A stretch of DNA of 63,537 bases, counting the filler, from Octopus bimaculoides (taxonomy: Eukaryota), in NCBI RefSeq assembly GCF_001194135.2. It is 8 parts of 7 records of this genome, joined end to end, with 100 filler letters (N's around TTAATTAATTAA, not from the genome) between each part and the next. Parts side by side here need not be neighbours in the genome. Positions count along the whole stretch, not along the records: positions 1 to 23,558 come from NC_068985.1; 7 more parts are not named here. One strand, 5' to 3'. The position numbers and the translations under genes were made by a program. Below, in pieces: positions 1 to 12,332 of the stretch (its first letter is position 1; each line of letters starts with the position of its first letter). The notes under the pieces were generated by a model, which was given only the letters and a program-made list of their open reading frames with translations, was not told the origin of the DNA and did no database searches.

Positions 1-60
<60 letters not shown>

Positions 61-70
61 TGTGTGTGTG
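1..70. repeat. (TG)n microsatellite; one example of dozens of (TG/CA)n, (TA)n, (GA)n, (TATC)n, (TACA)n and (AAT)n tracts in the window
   Basis: Direct read of the sequence. Confidence 0.99.
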
Positions 71-189
71 TTCTGCAGTGCTCCAAGAATACGTAATCAA
101 GAAAAGAATTTACGTCGGTTTATGCGAAGGCAACATTGACATTTGTGTGTACACGCCTCCCCCTCCTTAAATGTTAAAACCAACATACG

Positions 190-440
190 AAGAAGATTCC
201 TGTCGATTTAGATGAACATTTTCCAGTATATCAAAGTTACAAAAAGTGTTCAACAAATGCTCAATTAAATTATCCTATAGTTGCTGCCCCGATAAGTTGT
301 TGTTCATTAACTATAAATACCACCTAGAACCTAATCCAAGTTGTAACGTTCGAGATCCAGGAATTTCTCCACTCAACCAGAGGTGTATGATTAATTCCGT
401 GAAATATCTTCCTTCCGACTCAAGGACAAAAGTTAAGATA
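190..440 (+). mobile_element. Decayed Penelope-like element fragment (RT-to-endonuclease linker, Naiad-type motifs)
   Basis: Translates with frameshifts to LDEHFP..KVFNKCSIKLSYSCCP...PSCNVRDPGISPLNQRCMINSVKY. This parallels LDTNLPRQHKYYSLFNRSTMKLFYS...CNC..CPL..C..NVIY in the PLE at 17930-19950. Confidence 0.6.
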
Positions 441-2965
441 CTCAGTTGGTTTCCACGTATAGGGTTTGAAGTGTAATATCACGTTACGTACAATCAAGTG
501 AAAAATAATTGAGAATTCTGTGTCATATGTTAATGAATGAAAAAAGCAATCTATTCGTAGCTGAAAGATCACCCATCATCTTTAGTTCTAAGAAATCCAC
601 TGCACAGCTGAAATCCAGATCTGAAGTTGTCAGAGGATGTAAACATATAGATTAATGGATGTTGGCGAACTGGAAAATACTACCCTCTTCGGATGGCTGA
701 CTCTAGTCTCCTATCCATTCAACTTTAGTATGGATTTACGGTCATAGGGGACACAACTCTAATTCTCCCCACTTTCTTTTTTTTTTTTTTTCTTCCTTTT
801 TCTTTCACCCCCTTTCGTTTTTCGGTGTTTTATCTTCTATATGCTCTGCGAGCAAAGCGTGCACATTGCATGAAAGTTCCATACTGTGTGTGTCATTTTC
901 ATTGCATAAAATTTATTAGTAGCTTATAAGGATATATACTGTATTAATTTAACATATTTATATCTCATCAGATGTCGTACTTTTTATTGATCTTACCTTT
1001 AGAGAAAAGCATATAAATACTTACACTTATATATACGTATATATATATATATANNNNNNNNNNNNNNNNNNNNNNNNNNNNNNNNNNNNNNNNNNNNNNN
1101 NNNNNNNNNNNNNNNNNNNNNNNNNNNNNNNNNNNNNNNNNNNNNNNNNNNNNNNNNNNNNNNNNNNNNNNNNNNNNNNNNNNNNNNNNNNNNNNNNNNN
1201 NNNATATATATATTGATATACTGATATATAAACGTGTTTTAGCAAACGAATTGGAAAATATTCCATGCATATAATATTTGTGCTATCACACAGTTGTGTT
1301 CAACAACAAAACGTTGTGTGTTTGATGTTTGGTCCAGGTAGCACATTGTGTCTTCGACCAACGCAGTTCTTTATTTCTTTGCTTCAGAAAATTAATAAAG
1401 GTGTTGTAATGATTCTCTCTAACTGTCACATTTTTTGTTTCTCATTGTGTTAAGGATGGTAGGTGTGAAAATGTTGTCTATATCTTCCCATTTTTACAGA
1501 AGAACCTAAATTTCTTAGCGAACGCATTTTACACTCTACCAAGTTCTACATGCTTGCAAGTGACGGCTGCCGTGTTTTCTTTTATTAAAGTAGTACTGTT
1601 TATTCATGCGTTCGAAACTAATTATCCAGATTGCCGGTTCTCGGAATTTCTCCCATGCTGTGTGCTTCATTAAACTTCACATTGAGTTGTGAATATTTTA
1701 GTTGTCTAGTATTGTTTAACATGATCGATGGGACTGACTTCCTTTGCAAGATAGTTCTCTTTTTTAAACATAATACTTGTTTGATTGACTAATAATAGTA
1801 TTGCATTAGGCAGTGATGGAGAAAATATCAACTGATAATTCGTCCATCGTTCAATTATGAAAGATGATCGCTGCAATTATTTCTCCTTGGATTAAATAAC
1901 AAGGAAAAAGCAAAGAAAAGTTAGATCTTGTTTCAAATTATGATGGAATGTTTTAAACCCGATTTGAATAAAATGCGAAATCAACGCTTCAAAATGCCAT
2001 ACGATCTATAAATGTATTTCATAATTTCACGTTCAAAAAGAAACTTAAAATTTAGATGCTTGCAGCTCAACCTATTAAAATACAATATTTATGAAAAATG
2101 CAATATTTATGAGAAAGTAAATATGTTATATGTAAATATATATATATGTATATGTGTGTAAATATATGCAAGTTAAGAAGCTATTTTCCATTTTTGAAGA
2201 TTTTAATCGTCAGTATCAACTAATCAAGTGGATACCTGGGACAAAACAGTACCGAAACACCAGGCAAGAACACTGCGGTTCGTATCCTAGTTTCACTCCT
2301 TGATTGTGTCTAAGGTTGGGACATTTAGCATTATATTACTTAAAACCGCCCACCTGTATGTACATAGGGAAGGTTACGGACACATTGAGTAAAGCAGTAG
2401 GAGATATATATTTATCTGTCAAATCATCAGTTAGCTACAATATCGCATTCAATTCCTGTTCTGCAATGGGAAAGCTATCTTCGAAATATTAATATTAATA
2501 TTAATATCACAACCGAAAAGTGATTATTTCTTCATTCTTGTAGCACATGAAGAAACCTGTCCGATAAACTGCACCTGATCATGATTAGTTCATGTAATTC
2601 ATGCACCTTCAATGTCTTCAGTAGACTCTACCTTATATATATATTCGGCTCAGGTCAGTGGTTTGGAAACAATACAGATTTCTTTAACTCGACTCCACAA
2701 AACAAGTCATGGCCGGTGAACTTCATCCTGTAAGACATGACAAACAACATTCAGAAAACTAGAAATATAAGGCACATCACTGTATATGGTAAAATGTTTA
2801 TCATATGAAATAATGCCATTCATACATGTCTGTATTTCTCTCTCTTTCTCTCTCACACACCAATATACTGTGTGCCTCTGTCTGTCTGTCTATTTGTCTG
2901 TCTGTCTGTCTGACTCTTTCTCTCTATATATATACTGTATGTGCGCGCACACACACACACACACG

Positions 2966-3038
<73 letters not shown>

Positions 3039-4546
3039 GTATACGTATGTGTGAGTTGTGTGTGTTTGTGTGCATTGAAAATTAAAACATTCTTCAATTT
3101 TAAAATCATATTCTCTCCTTAACATTTTTTATCACTTATTTCTAATACATATTTAACATCTTTCATATGCAAATTTCTCATTTGATATTCTATGTGCAGA
3201 CTGAACAGACTATATACATCTTTCCCTTTCTAACAAAATACTTCTTTCATAAAAGTAAAACACTTTTTTCCTCCAATTCATTAACAGGCTTATCTCACCC
3301 TACCACTCCGTGTCTTTAGATTAATCTCTACCGTCCACACCATAACATTATTCAAATTTTTCAAATACGCTTACTTAAATTAGTTATTCAAACACATTTT
3401 ATTCCATGTCAATTTCTTATATGTACTTTTAGTGAATGGCTGCTATCCAGTCCTCATTGTTGCATACTAAACAAGACGAAGCAGATAATATACGACACGA
3501 TAAATCAATGCAACTTCCTGTAATGCCAATCTGTCTTTTAAATTAAATGTTCACAGTCCTGTTTTTTTTTTTTATCATTTCTATGTCTGTGAATGTAAAA
3601 GACTTCGGAAGGCTGACATAATAACGTACTGTTGACGTTGCAATCTTGTCCTCGTAAGTTGACTCAAAATCGATTCGCTCGGATGGCTAACACCCCACTG
3701 TATTTTTTTATTAATTTCAAATTCCAGTATGATGGGCCTGTGTCAATGACCTTTATTCCTCAGAATTAATTATCAAAACAATGCTGTTTCTTCAATATTA
3801 CGTCTTTAATTTTCATTAATAAATCTTTCTTTGCTTACCCCATGAAGTATATTGGCGCTCAGTTTAAATAAAAAAATTAGCTGATCGTGGAAGAAAAAAG
3901 ATCTCCATCGTAAGACTCATTAACATTGTACGAGAACATTGTATTATATTTTAGTTTTTTTTATTATCTAATTAGGTGATGGTGGTGGTGGTGGTGGTGG
4001 TGGTGGTGGTGGTGTTGGTTGTGGTATAGAACCCCATAGGCCCCCTAGCATTGTTTGTTAAGAGGGCTTAATGTTTAGTTGATGTTTTTAATGATAAGAA
4101 AATCTGAATTAGGTGAAGAACAACCAAGGAAAGAATGTTAGATAAAAAAAGATTCAGTGGGAAAGTATTTCAAGTAAATTTTAGTGAACAAACGTGGACA
4201 GTCAGATGTGTCAGCAAATATATTAGAATGGTTGGTAGATTACAAATTGAAAGGAGTAAACTTTGTTGCAAATAAGTCACATGGTATTACTTTGAATGCG
4301 GGATAGAGTCTTTCGCTGTGTAGGAACGACAGCTTCAGTAGCAGGCATACTAGCACTCACAAGTTTGTTAATCGTTCTACAATCTGAACAAAGGTTATTC
4401 AACAAACCAATGGTATTTTCTTGGGTGTTGGAACTTAATAGACAACTCAGTGTTTGTGTGTTTGTCGAGGCAATGTTATTTCTGAAATTTCACCTTTGCA
4501 TGATGGACGGTTTGACAATAACAGCCACGTGAACATTTCTATTCTA

Positions 4547-5390
4547 TCCATCCATCCATCATCCGTCTTCTCCGCCCATTATTCGTGGTAGTGTTCTCAG
4601 ACACCTCTTGCATGGGTACTGTTAGCAGCAATTCTCATTAGAATTACCTGCTGGATTCCCAAGTGTGACTAAGTGAGACTATGAATTATTAAATATGCAT
4701 CTCATTCTTCGTCTACACCTAGGATTCTTGCTAGTTGGCTCGGCTTCAAGAAAACTTCCTGCGATTTTTCCTTGCAGTATCCAAATCAATTTTCCGTGGA
4801 GAAGTAGAGGCCCGAGCTGAATAGACTACATGATATCCGATCACAGCATCTATCGATTACCGTTAAACCAGAGTTCATTAAGCTCTTGTATTACCGATCA
4901 TACTCTTTCAGTTATTACCCAATATTCATAGATGAGGAAAAACAAGGCACATAAACCAAATCGAAGTTTACCTTGTTTACCAAGCTCTCAACATTTCATT
5001 AGAAGATGAAATGTTGGCGTATTACAGTGTCAGCACCTGAAATCATTGTCGCCTTCTGCCTCTCAGCACTTGTGAATGTGGCGCTAAGTAAATTCTCCAC
5101 TTGTCTCAGCGATGGCCGACTAACATGCAGAATACACTGGGAAGACTTTCTTGAGAGAGTCACACTCTCGATCTGTTCAATACTAATACTCGTTCCCGCC
5201 TTGCAACATTTTCCTTTTGATGACCCAGGTAGTAGCATATCACCTGCAAAGAGGTATTGACAGATTCTACACCCACCGACTGTGATACCACTCCCAGAAT
5301 AGTTGCACGTGCCAATCGGTTCATAAAAGCACTCTTGCATCCAAATTAAGAGACATTTCTCAACACACTGAGGACGTTTGAATTGAATGA
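4547..5390 (-). mobile_element. 5'-truncated RTE-clade LINE (Rex3/Expander-like) RT C-terminus with (GATG)n tail
   Basis: Minus-strand translation gives ICQYLFAGDMLLPGSS (degenerate LFADD motif), LRQVE..ATFTS..RQ, YEYWVITER, PLLLH, AEPTSKNPRCRRRMR and LVTLGNP. The 3' end reads GGATGATGGATGGATGGATAG at 4547-4565. Confidence 0.75.
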
Positions 5391-5996
5391 AAACATGTAA
5401 AGAAACTGTGAAGCTCAAGATAGCTGAAGTACAATGTGCTTACCATCTTTGACGCAGCACAATTGAAGAGATATTCACGCTATGATAGTTCTTCGAGAAA
5501 TTGTGAAAATATTGTCAAGAGGACATTATAGTGGGTGGTCGAGGTAGCAAGATTTTGGGAGTTATGGCTCCCGAAAATTTTCTATACGAATGCTCAGCTG
5601 TTTCTGTTCGAGCAAGTGGTGCTACGCCGAAAGCTTTAAATACGTGTATTCTACTTTGGCATGGATATATACTACCATTTCTTTTCTCATAAGCTGGAAT
5701 TTTATATTGTCCTTATAAATAACGACGGCGTATTATGGGCCCACTCCGCGAGCTGTATAATATTGGGTTGCATTAAAATAAGTTGTCGTAATCTGAATGG
5801 AGGGAAGTTAGAGATGATTGTTTTTAATAACACAAATGCACACATTTAAATACATATCAAGAGAGGTGAAAAAAGAGACAGAATATATTCGGTGATAGAA
5901 ACGAGAAAATAATTTAATAATTTAATAATTTTTATATTTATTTGTTTATATTGTGACAGTCTTGCAACCCGTCCAGTTGGAGGGATTTTATGTGTG

Positions 5997-6031
<35 letters not shown>

Positions 6032-6213
6032 ATAATAATAAATGCTCCTTTTATTATTATTATTCATATCTACTCAAAATACACCACTTTAACTTGGTAT
6101 TTCTACCTATAAAACGGGTGATATCCTAGTTTTTGTGTGATTTTTGCTACCCATGGTACCTATTAACATATTTACATTATCAAAGTTTTTTCAACCGAGA
6201 TGATATTAATATA

Positions 6214-6299
<86 letters not shown>

Positions 6300-6713
6300 C
6301 ATACATCAGAGAATTCGGAAGACTGGTCTTATGTGCCTGTGAATGTATTTATGTATTTATTTGCGTTGAAGTTTTATAAATAAGTTAAATGCGATCCATG
6401 TAATGGTAATTATCACATTATCGAAGTAATTACGTAAAGCTTTGACATATATACATACATGCATATATACTTGCATGCATATATACATACATGCATATAT
6501 ACATACATGCATGTATACATACATGCATATATACATACATGAATATATACGTGCATGCTCTCATAATCACATACACACACACTCATACATATATGCATAT
6601 ATGGCTACATACGTACATAATACATATGTGTGTGTGTGTGTGTGTGTATACAGATATAGACAGATAGTTATTAATATAAACAGTTAGGCGCAAAATACAA
6701 AAAGTAAAACATT

Positions 6714-7219
6714 TTATCGTGACTAAACGTGGTTGAGGGTGCTGTGCATCTCAAAGTACTTATATTGCTAGAAATAAGAGTTCAAGACATTTAATTTTAT
6801 AAGAAGAACGCAATATGTTTACACAGAGAGTGGAGATAACCTCCCCATGACCGCCTCTAGAATCATTAGATTAGTTTCGCATATTTTGTAATCATCAACA
6901 TTTGTGACTACTCAAACAGTCGATGGTTTGGCTAAACCGATCTACTTGTATATATGTTTTCACCATAAAAATTGATGGCTACTTTAACGAAATGCTAACG
7001 TGTGTATTAAAATAATAATATAAACAGTTAGGCGCTACTGCCTACGAAATAGGTGAGACTAGTCTAGTCTAGTGATTCTAGCGATGGTCATGGGTCAGTT
7101 ATCTCTCTTGTCAGTGTATATATATATATTCTGCTCTTCTTACTGCCTTAAGAGTCTTTGACTCTTATTTCTAGCAATATAGAGCCTTCGGCACTCTTAG
7201 TCATGTCTAGTGACGATAA
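6714..7219. repeat. Inverted repeat pair (arms about 6714-6895 and 7043-7219) associated with a 20-bp direct repeat
   Basis: tatattgctagaaataagagt(t)caagac versus gtctttgactcttatttctagcaatata; gagataac..catgacc..ctagaatcattaga versus tctagtgattctag..ggtcatggg..gttatctc. taatataaacagttaggcgc occurs at 6672-6691 and 7016-7035. Confidence 0.8.
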
Positions 7220-8088
7220 GATTATGTATCTATATACTAAATCAATAATGACGTTCACACTGGTAATCCACTCTCTGTATAATGCACAAATGTAATTCTT
7301 TTTTTCAAAATAAATTGCACTTCATATTCGCGTCTCCAATGAAGCTATAAGATATTATTCAGGCACTGAACTACCTTAAGAAATGGTCCTTGGTTATGAG
7401 AGGTAGGAATAGACAGGCTGGTGTGTCGTACAAATTAACAACTTATGCCTAACTGGAAGCAAAGTGCGGCAGTTAAAAACAATTGCCGAATAATATAAGG
7501 TTTACTCACCGTACCTTATTTCGTAACGAATTAAAATCACAGCCTTTATTTTCATAATACCTTAAAGCAGATTGATATATTATTGATAAATTCATATATC
7601 AAGCGTAACAAATATTTCTACATTTAATTTACCATAAACATATTTACAGATGTGGCCTTTTGTACAGAATTGCATCAAAATTTAATTAATTAATTGATTA
7701 AATAATTAATTAAGTAATCTGTATTAATTCTTTATGCTTTAGGCAAAAGGTGAGTAGCTTTAAGGAGAAAGTTGTAATCAGTTAAAATCGTCCCTAATAT
7801 TTGTCAGGTACATCGTTTTTTTTTTTTTTTTTTGAAGACAGCAGGAAAGACAAAGTTGATTTGGTGGCAGCAGAACACAGAACACCTGGCAAAGTCATGC
7901 CGCGTTCTGTAAAATAATTTGAATCAAACACACACATGCGCTCGCACACGCTTACACACACTCTCACAAACAGACAAACTCACACACACACACACACACA
8001 CCGTGACCAACTGGTACGTATTTTATTGACCCCGAAAGTATAAAGTGGACCTCGGCAAAACTTGAACTCACAACATAAAAGATAGACA

Positions 8089-8885
8089 GGATCCTTCTGA
8101 TTTGGCAGACACCATTTTTTATTTAGTTTTTATTTAGTGTGTTTTCTACCGAAACACATTAAAACTTCGTATACATGTATATTTTATCTTATCGAACAGA
8201 GAAAAATTTTTATATTCGAAGTTATTTCATGTTAAAAATTGTCGTATTTCGGTAATTTCAACCAATCACAGACGTCTATTGAGGTGAAAACAATTACTGC
8301 TGTGGATTGTCAGCAAGACGTTGTGGCGGTGTAACGGGATCTTTTCCCTTGAATAAAATTAGTGCCATTATTTGTCAACGACAACTATCGGCGGTACTGT
8401 TATTTATGACATCGTTCGTGCGTTTGTACTGGTTTTAGCTTTAGGGTTTTAGGGTTAGGGTTAGGGTTTTAGGGTTAGGGTTAGGGCTTTAGGGTTAGGG
8501 TTAGGGTTAGGGTTAGGGTTATGAGTATTTTTGCCAGATTTGGTGAAAATCGGTTCAATACACTGCCACAAATTTTTCACCAAATTTGGCAAAAATACTC
8601 ATAAGCCTAATTCTAACCCTGACCCTTACCCTAAAACTCTAACCCTAACCCTAACTCTATTGTTGACAAGCCACGGCAGTAATTTTCTTCCATCTCAATA
8701 GACGTCGGTGATTGTTTGAAATTACTGAAATACGACAATTTTAACACGAAATAACTTTAAAGATATAAACTTTTCTCAACAACACTAATAGTAAAAGATG
8801 TTTTATATGACACATTCTACCAGTGTCCCAAGTTTGAAAGTGTTTCTTTAGAAAACAAATGGTGTCCGCCAAATTAGAAAGATCC
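8089..8885. mobile_element. Non-autonomous foldback DNA transposon (MITE) with 8-bp TSD and internal head-to-head telomeric arrays
   Basis: TSD GATAGACA at 8081-8088 and 8886-8893. TIR ggatccttctgatttggcagacaccatt matches the right end at 25/28. Inner arms 8219-8312 and 8664-8758; central stem 8519-8550 with about 8571-8603. Confidence 0.9.
8441..8658. repeat. Interstitial telomere-like arrays: (TTAGGG)n at 8441-8520 and (CCCTAA)n-like at about 8607-8658
   Basis: Direct read; variants include TTTAGGG and CTTTAGGG. Confidence 0.95.
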
Positions 8886-9745
8886 GATAGACAAAATGCT
8901 GCTAAGCATTTCGCCCGATATAGAAAATCTTCACATTAAATGTTATTTATGTATAACACAAACACTGACATACGAACACACGCACACACACCCACACACA
9001 CACATGCAAACACACACACACTTGTACGCGTGCGCACACACACGCAAACACTCTCTCACAAGCTCGCACTAACGATCACACGTGCGCGTGCACACATACA
9101 CATATACACATGTACACTCACATATATTTAGATATTTATAGAAAGTATAGAAAAGCGACAGCATATTAAAATGAAGCAAAAATAGCGTTTGCTAACAGTA
9201 ATAATGTGAAGCGTTACTTAATTTATTAATAAACGAGTATGTCTTCGAATATTCCTAAGGAAATGAAATGAAATGGAATTTTGCATATCATTTCCTTGAG
9301 CATATTCAAAAACATTCAATATGTCCGTATAAGTAATTTGAGGAACAGAATCTACATTATTTCTNNNNNNNNNNNNNNNNNNNNNNNNNNNNNNNNNNNN
9401 NNNNNNNNNNNNNNNNNNNNNNNNNNNNNNNNNNNNNNNNNNNNNNNNNNNNNNNNNNNNNNNNNNNNNNNNNNNNNNNNNNNNNNNNNNNNNNNNNNNN
9501 NNNNNNNNNNNNNNNNNNNNNNNNNNNNNNNNNNNNNNNNNNNNNNNNNNNNNNNNNNNNNNNNNNNNNNNNNNNNNNNNNNNNNNNNNNNNNNNNNNNN
9601 NNNNNNNNNNNNNNNNNNNNNNNNNNNNNNNNNNNNNNNNNNNNNNNNNNNNNNNNNNNNNNNNNNNNNNNNNNNNNNNNNNNNNNNNNNNNNNNNNNNN
9701 NNNNNAAATTAAACCTGTGCCATGGAGGAATGTAGTGGCGGACAA

Positions 9746-9831
9746 AAAACAAGACAGGAAAACAAACGGAAAAGAAAACAAGACAGGAAAACAGACGGAA
9801 AAGAAAACAAGACAGGAAAACAAACGGAAAA
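9746..9831. repeat. 29-bp tandem repeat, three copies (aaaacaagacaggaaaacaaacggaaaag)
   Basis: Direct read. Confidence 0.85.
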
Positions 9832-11284
9832 GGCTATGCGGCCAGACGTGGAAAATTATGTGTATATGAACGCTGTGAGGCACGAAATGAAAGTCTGGAC
9901 GAAGTAAGTTCGCGTGTTTGCTCGGCGATAGCCAAGGAAGAAAAGGATTAGTGACCGGAAGCATGTGACCAGGGAGGGGTAAGGAAGAGAGAGAGACAGT
10001 GGTAGAGGGAGAAACAAGTGGAGGAAGTAGGAAAATAAGTGAGCAACGAGAGAAAGAGAGGAATATAGTGGTAACAGAAGGAAGAACGAGAGGGGTAAAG
10101 AGAGATACGTAGTAGTAACAGAGGAATGACGAGAGGGGGAAAAGGGGATAAAGAAAGAGATAGAGTCGCGTCAGAAAATATAAAGTTTAAAAAACTACTT
10201 ACAACAGGGATGACGCAGGCGTTCGATCATGTAAAACAAATAATAAATGAGTATATGCATATATACGTACAGGTATGTGCATACCTACGTCTACCTGTAT
10301 ATATAGGTGCATATATGGGTACAGGACATTGCAAACAAAACATAGACAAGAAAATAATAATAACCACAGTACAGAAAACACACAAGCCACATAGAGAACA
10401 TTTTCCTTCATCAGCTACCTTATTTTAACACCGGCGTTTCTAAGAGTTGGGCAGAACGCATCGTTAAAATGGCTCTTCCTATGGACCGAAAATTAAATTT
10501 GTATACACAAATTAAACATGTGCCATGGAGGAATGTAGTNNNNNNNNNNNNNNNNNNNNNNNNNNNNNNNNNNNNNNNNNNNNNNNNNNNNNNNNNNNNN
10601 NNNNNNNNNNNNNNNNNNNNNNNNNNNNNNNNNNNNNNNAGTATTTATATTATAATATGCTTGAATGACACGCATCTTCTTCCTAGTAAATTTTATTTTA
10701 CTTATTGATACACACTCTACACAGTCCTTTTACTCTTTTTTTCTCTTTCGCTCTTCTTCTTTTACTTCCTCTTCTCCCACTATTCTGTCCTGTTACTCTG
10801 TCACTCTCCTTCTCACTCACTCCTGCTCCATTACTCATGTGGCTCCCGTCGGCAATCTATCTTTGTTCTCCTAACTTGTGTTTCTTTCTTTCCGTTGTAG
10901 CTGGAACACCTGTCCAAGCTTGATTTACGCGTTCGCCACCACAACATCGTTTCGGTGTAGCAGTCCTTCTTGTTTGTTTTCATTATCCTGTTTGTGTTAC
11001 AAATTTAACCCTCCGCAAAATCCTAAATTTTGCTTAATTTACTTTGCGGGTGCTACTGATCTATCGAAAGCGAATAATGTTGTTAATTGATCGAAATACG
11101 TGAGTAGAAGAACAGCCAACAACTGAAGAAGGGTTGATCTTGATGTTGTTTGTCGTGTTTTCCATTTCTGTCCTTCGTTGTTTGAAAAAAATATTTCATA
11201 TTTACGTACTCCTACTTTGTATTTATATATATATATATATTATATGATTGAACGCCACGCGTCCTCGTCTTAGTACATTTTGTG

Positions 11285-11373
<89 letters not shown>

Positions 11374-11379
11374 GAGAAT

Positions 11380-11560
11380 ATACGAAAAAACAACAACAGA
11401 CGAGGACAGGTGGTGTAAATAACAAAAGGATGTATTAGTATGACGCTCGGGAATACGGAAAGTCTTTGACGTTTCGAGCTACGCTCTTTAACAGAAAGAA
11501 TACGGAGACAAGGAGAAAAACACGGATAAAAAAAATTGAATAGTGTCCAGTCAACGGTCA
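11380..11560 (-). mobile_element. PLE-type terminal repeat, family A (homologous to 62440-62620)
   Basis: Shares tattagt.tga.gctcg.gaat..ggaaag..tcttt..gacgtttcgagc...gctctt with the 62 kb copy and carries a hammerhead motif. Confidence 0.6.
11464..11498 (-). ncRNA. Minimal type I hammerhead ribozyme motif (degenerate core)
   Basis: Minus strand: UCUUU-CUGUUAA-A-GAGC-gua-GCUC-GAAAC-GUC/AAAGA. Stems I and II are intact and the palindromic AC-GU stem III is present. The core differs from CUGAUGA at two positions. Confidence 0.65.
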
Positions 11561-11609
11561 ATCACTATATATATGCGCGCGCGCGCGTATACGTATGCAT
11601 TTGTGTGTT

Positions 11610-11795
11610 TGTTCCCCACCATCGACAACCGATGTTTACGTCACCGTAAATTAGCAGCTCAGCAAAAAGGAAACTATAGAATAAGTACTAGTCTTTTAAA
11701 GAATAATTCTGGGGTCGATTTGTTCGATTAAAAGGCAGTGTTCCATCATGGCTGCAATCAAATGACACAAACGAATAAAAGAATAAAAGAATAAA
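11610..11795 (+). mobile_element. SINE, second family, 3' half
   Basis: gatagaataagtact..ggggtcgatttgttcga.taaa.ggc.gtg.tcca.catggc is shared with 12058-12220 and 50925-51110; ends in (aataaaag)n. Confidence 0.75.
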
Positions 11796-12057
11796 TGCAT
11801 ATATATATACATATCTCGCCCCTTGCTCCCTCCCCCCTTTCTCTGCCACATAACCACGCACACACCATATACACACCAGCACTGGTTGTCAAGCCGTGAT
11901 GGGGGACAAATACAGACACAGACAAACGCACATAGGTACACACACTCAAACACACAGACATGCACGCACACACGCACACACACGCACACACTTAACACAC
12001 ACAGACATTTAACACACACACACACACACACTTAACACACACACACACACACATTTG

Positions 12058-12220
12058 ACACCCGATGCTGGTGTTTTTTCGTCCCCTTAATTTAGCGGTT
12101 CGGCAAAGAAACCGATAGAATAAGTATTACGCTTACCAAAATAAGTTCTGCGGTCCATTTGGTCGACTAAAGGCGGTGCTCCAGCATGGCGTCCGTTAAA
12201 TCACTGAAATAGATAATAGA
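12058..12220 (+). mobile_element. SINE, second family, 3' half
   Basis: ttagcggttcggcaaag..accgatagaataagta..cgactaaaggcggtgctccagcatggc. Confidence 0.75.
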
Positions 12221-12332
12221 ATATATATATATATTTATATAAATACAGCGTTGGCCAAATGTTGGCTATCTAAATGTTAGTGAAACTCGTAAACATGGTA
12301 GATTATGGCATATTTCACAATATATATTAATT

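Larger units (their letters stand above)
8002..8920 (-). mobile_element. tRNA-type SINE (8002-8088 plus 8894-8920) interrupted by the foldback transposon
   Basis: aactggtac..ttattgaccccgaaag..gacctcggc..ttgaactca continues after the insertion as aaatgctgctaagcatttcgccc, matching intact copies such as 29761-29991. Confidence 0.8.

Noticed and set aside
4265-4480. Roughly 70-codon open frame on the minus strand (NNIASTNTQTLSCLL...QSNTM)
   Set aside because: No recognisable homology, and frames of this length are expected by chance in 63 kb.
8441-8658. Ancestral chromosome end-to-end fusion site
   Set aside because: The head-to-head arrays lie inside an element with TIRs and an exact 8-bp TSD that interrupts a SINE, so they arrived by transposition.
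10903-10960. Possible exon after a strong acceptor, LEHLSKLDLRVRHHNI (LRR-like)
   Set aside because: Spacing does not fit an LRR repeat, a stop follows within 20 codons, and the pyrimidine tract belongs to a degenerate repeat.
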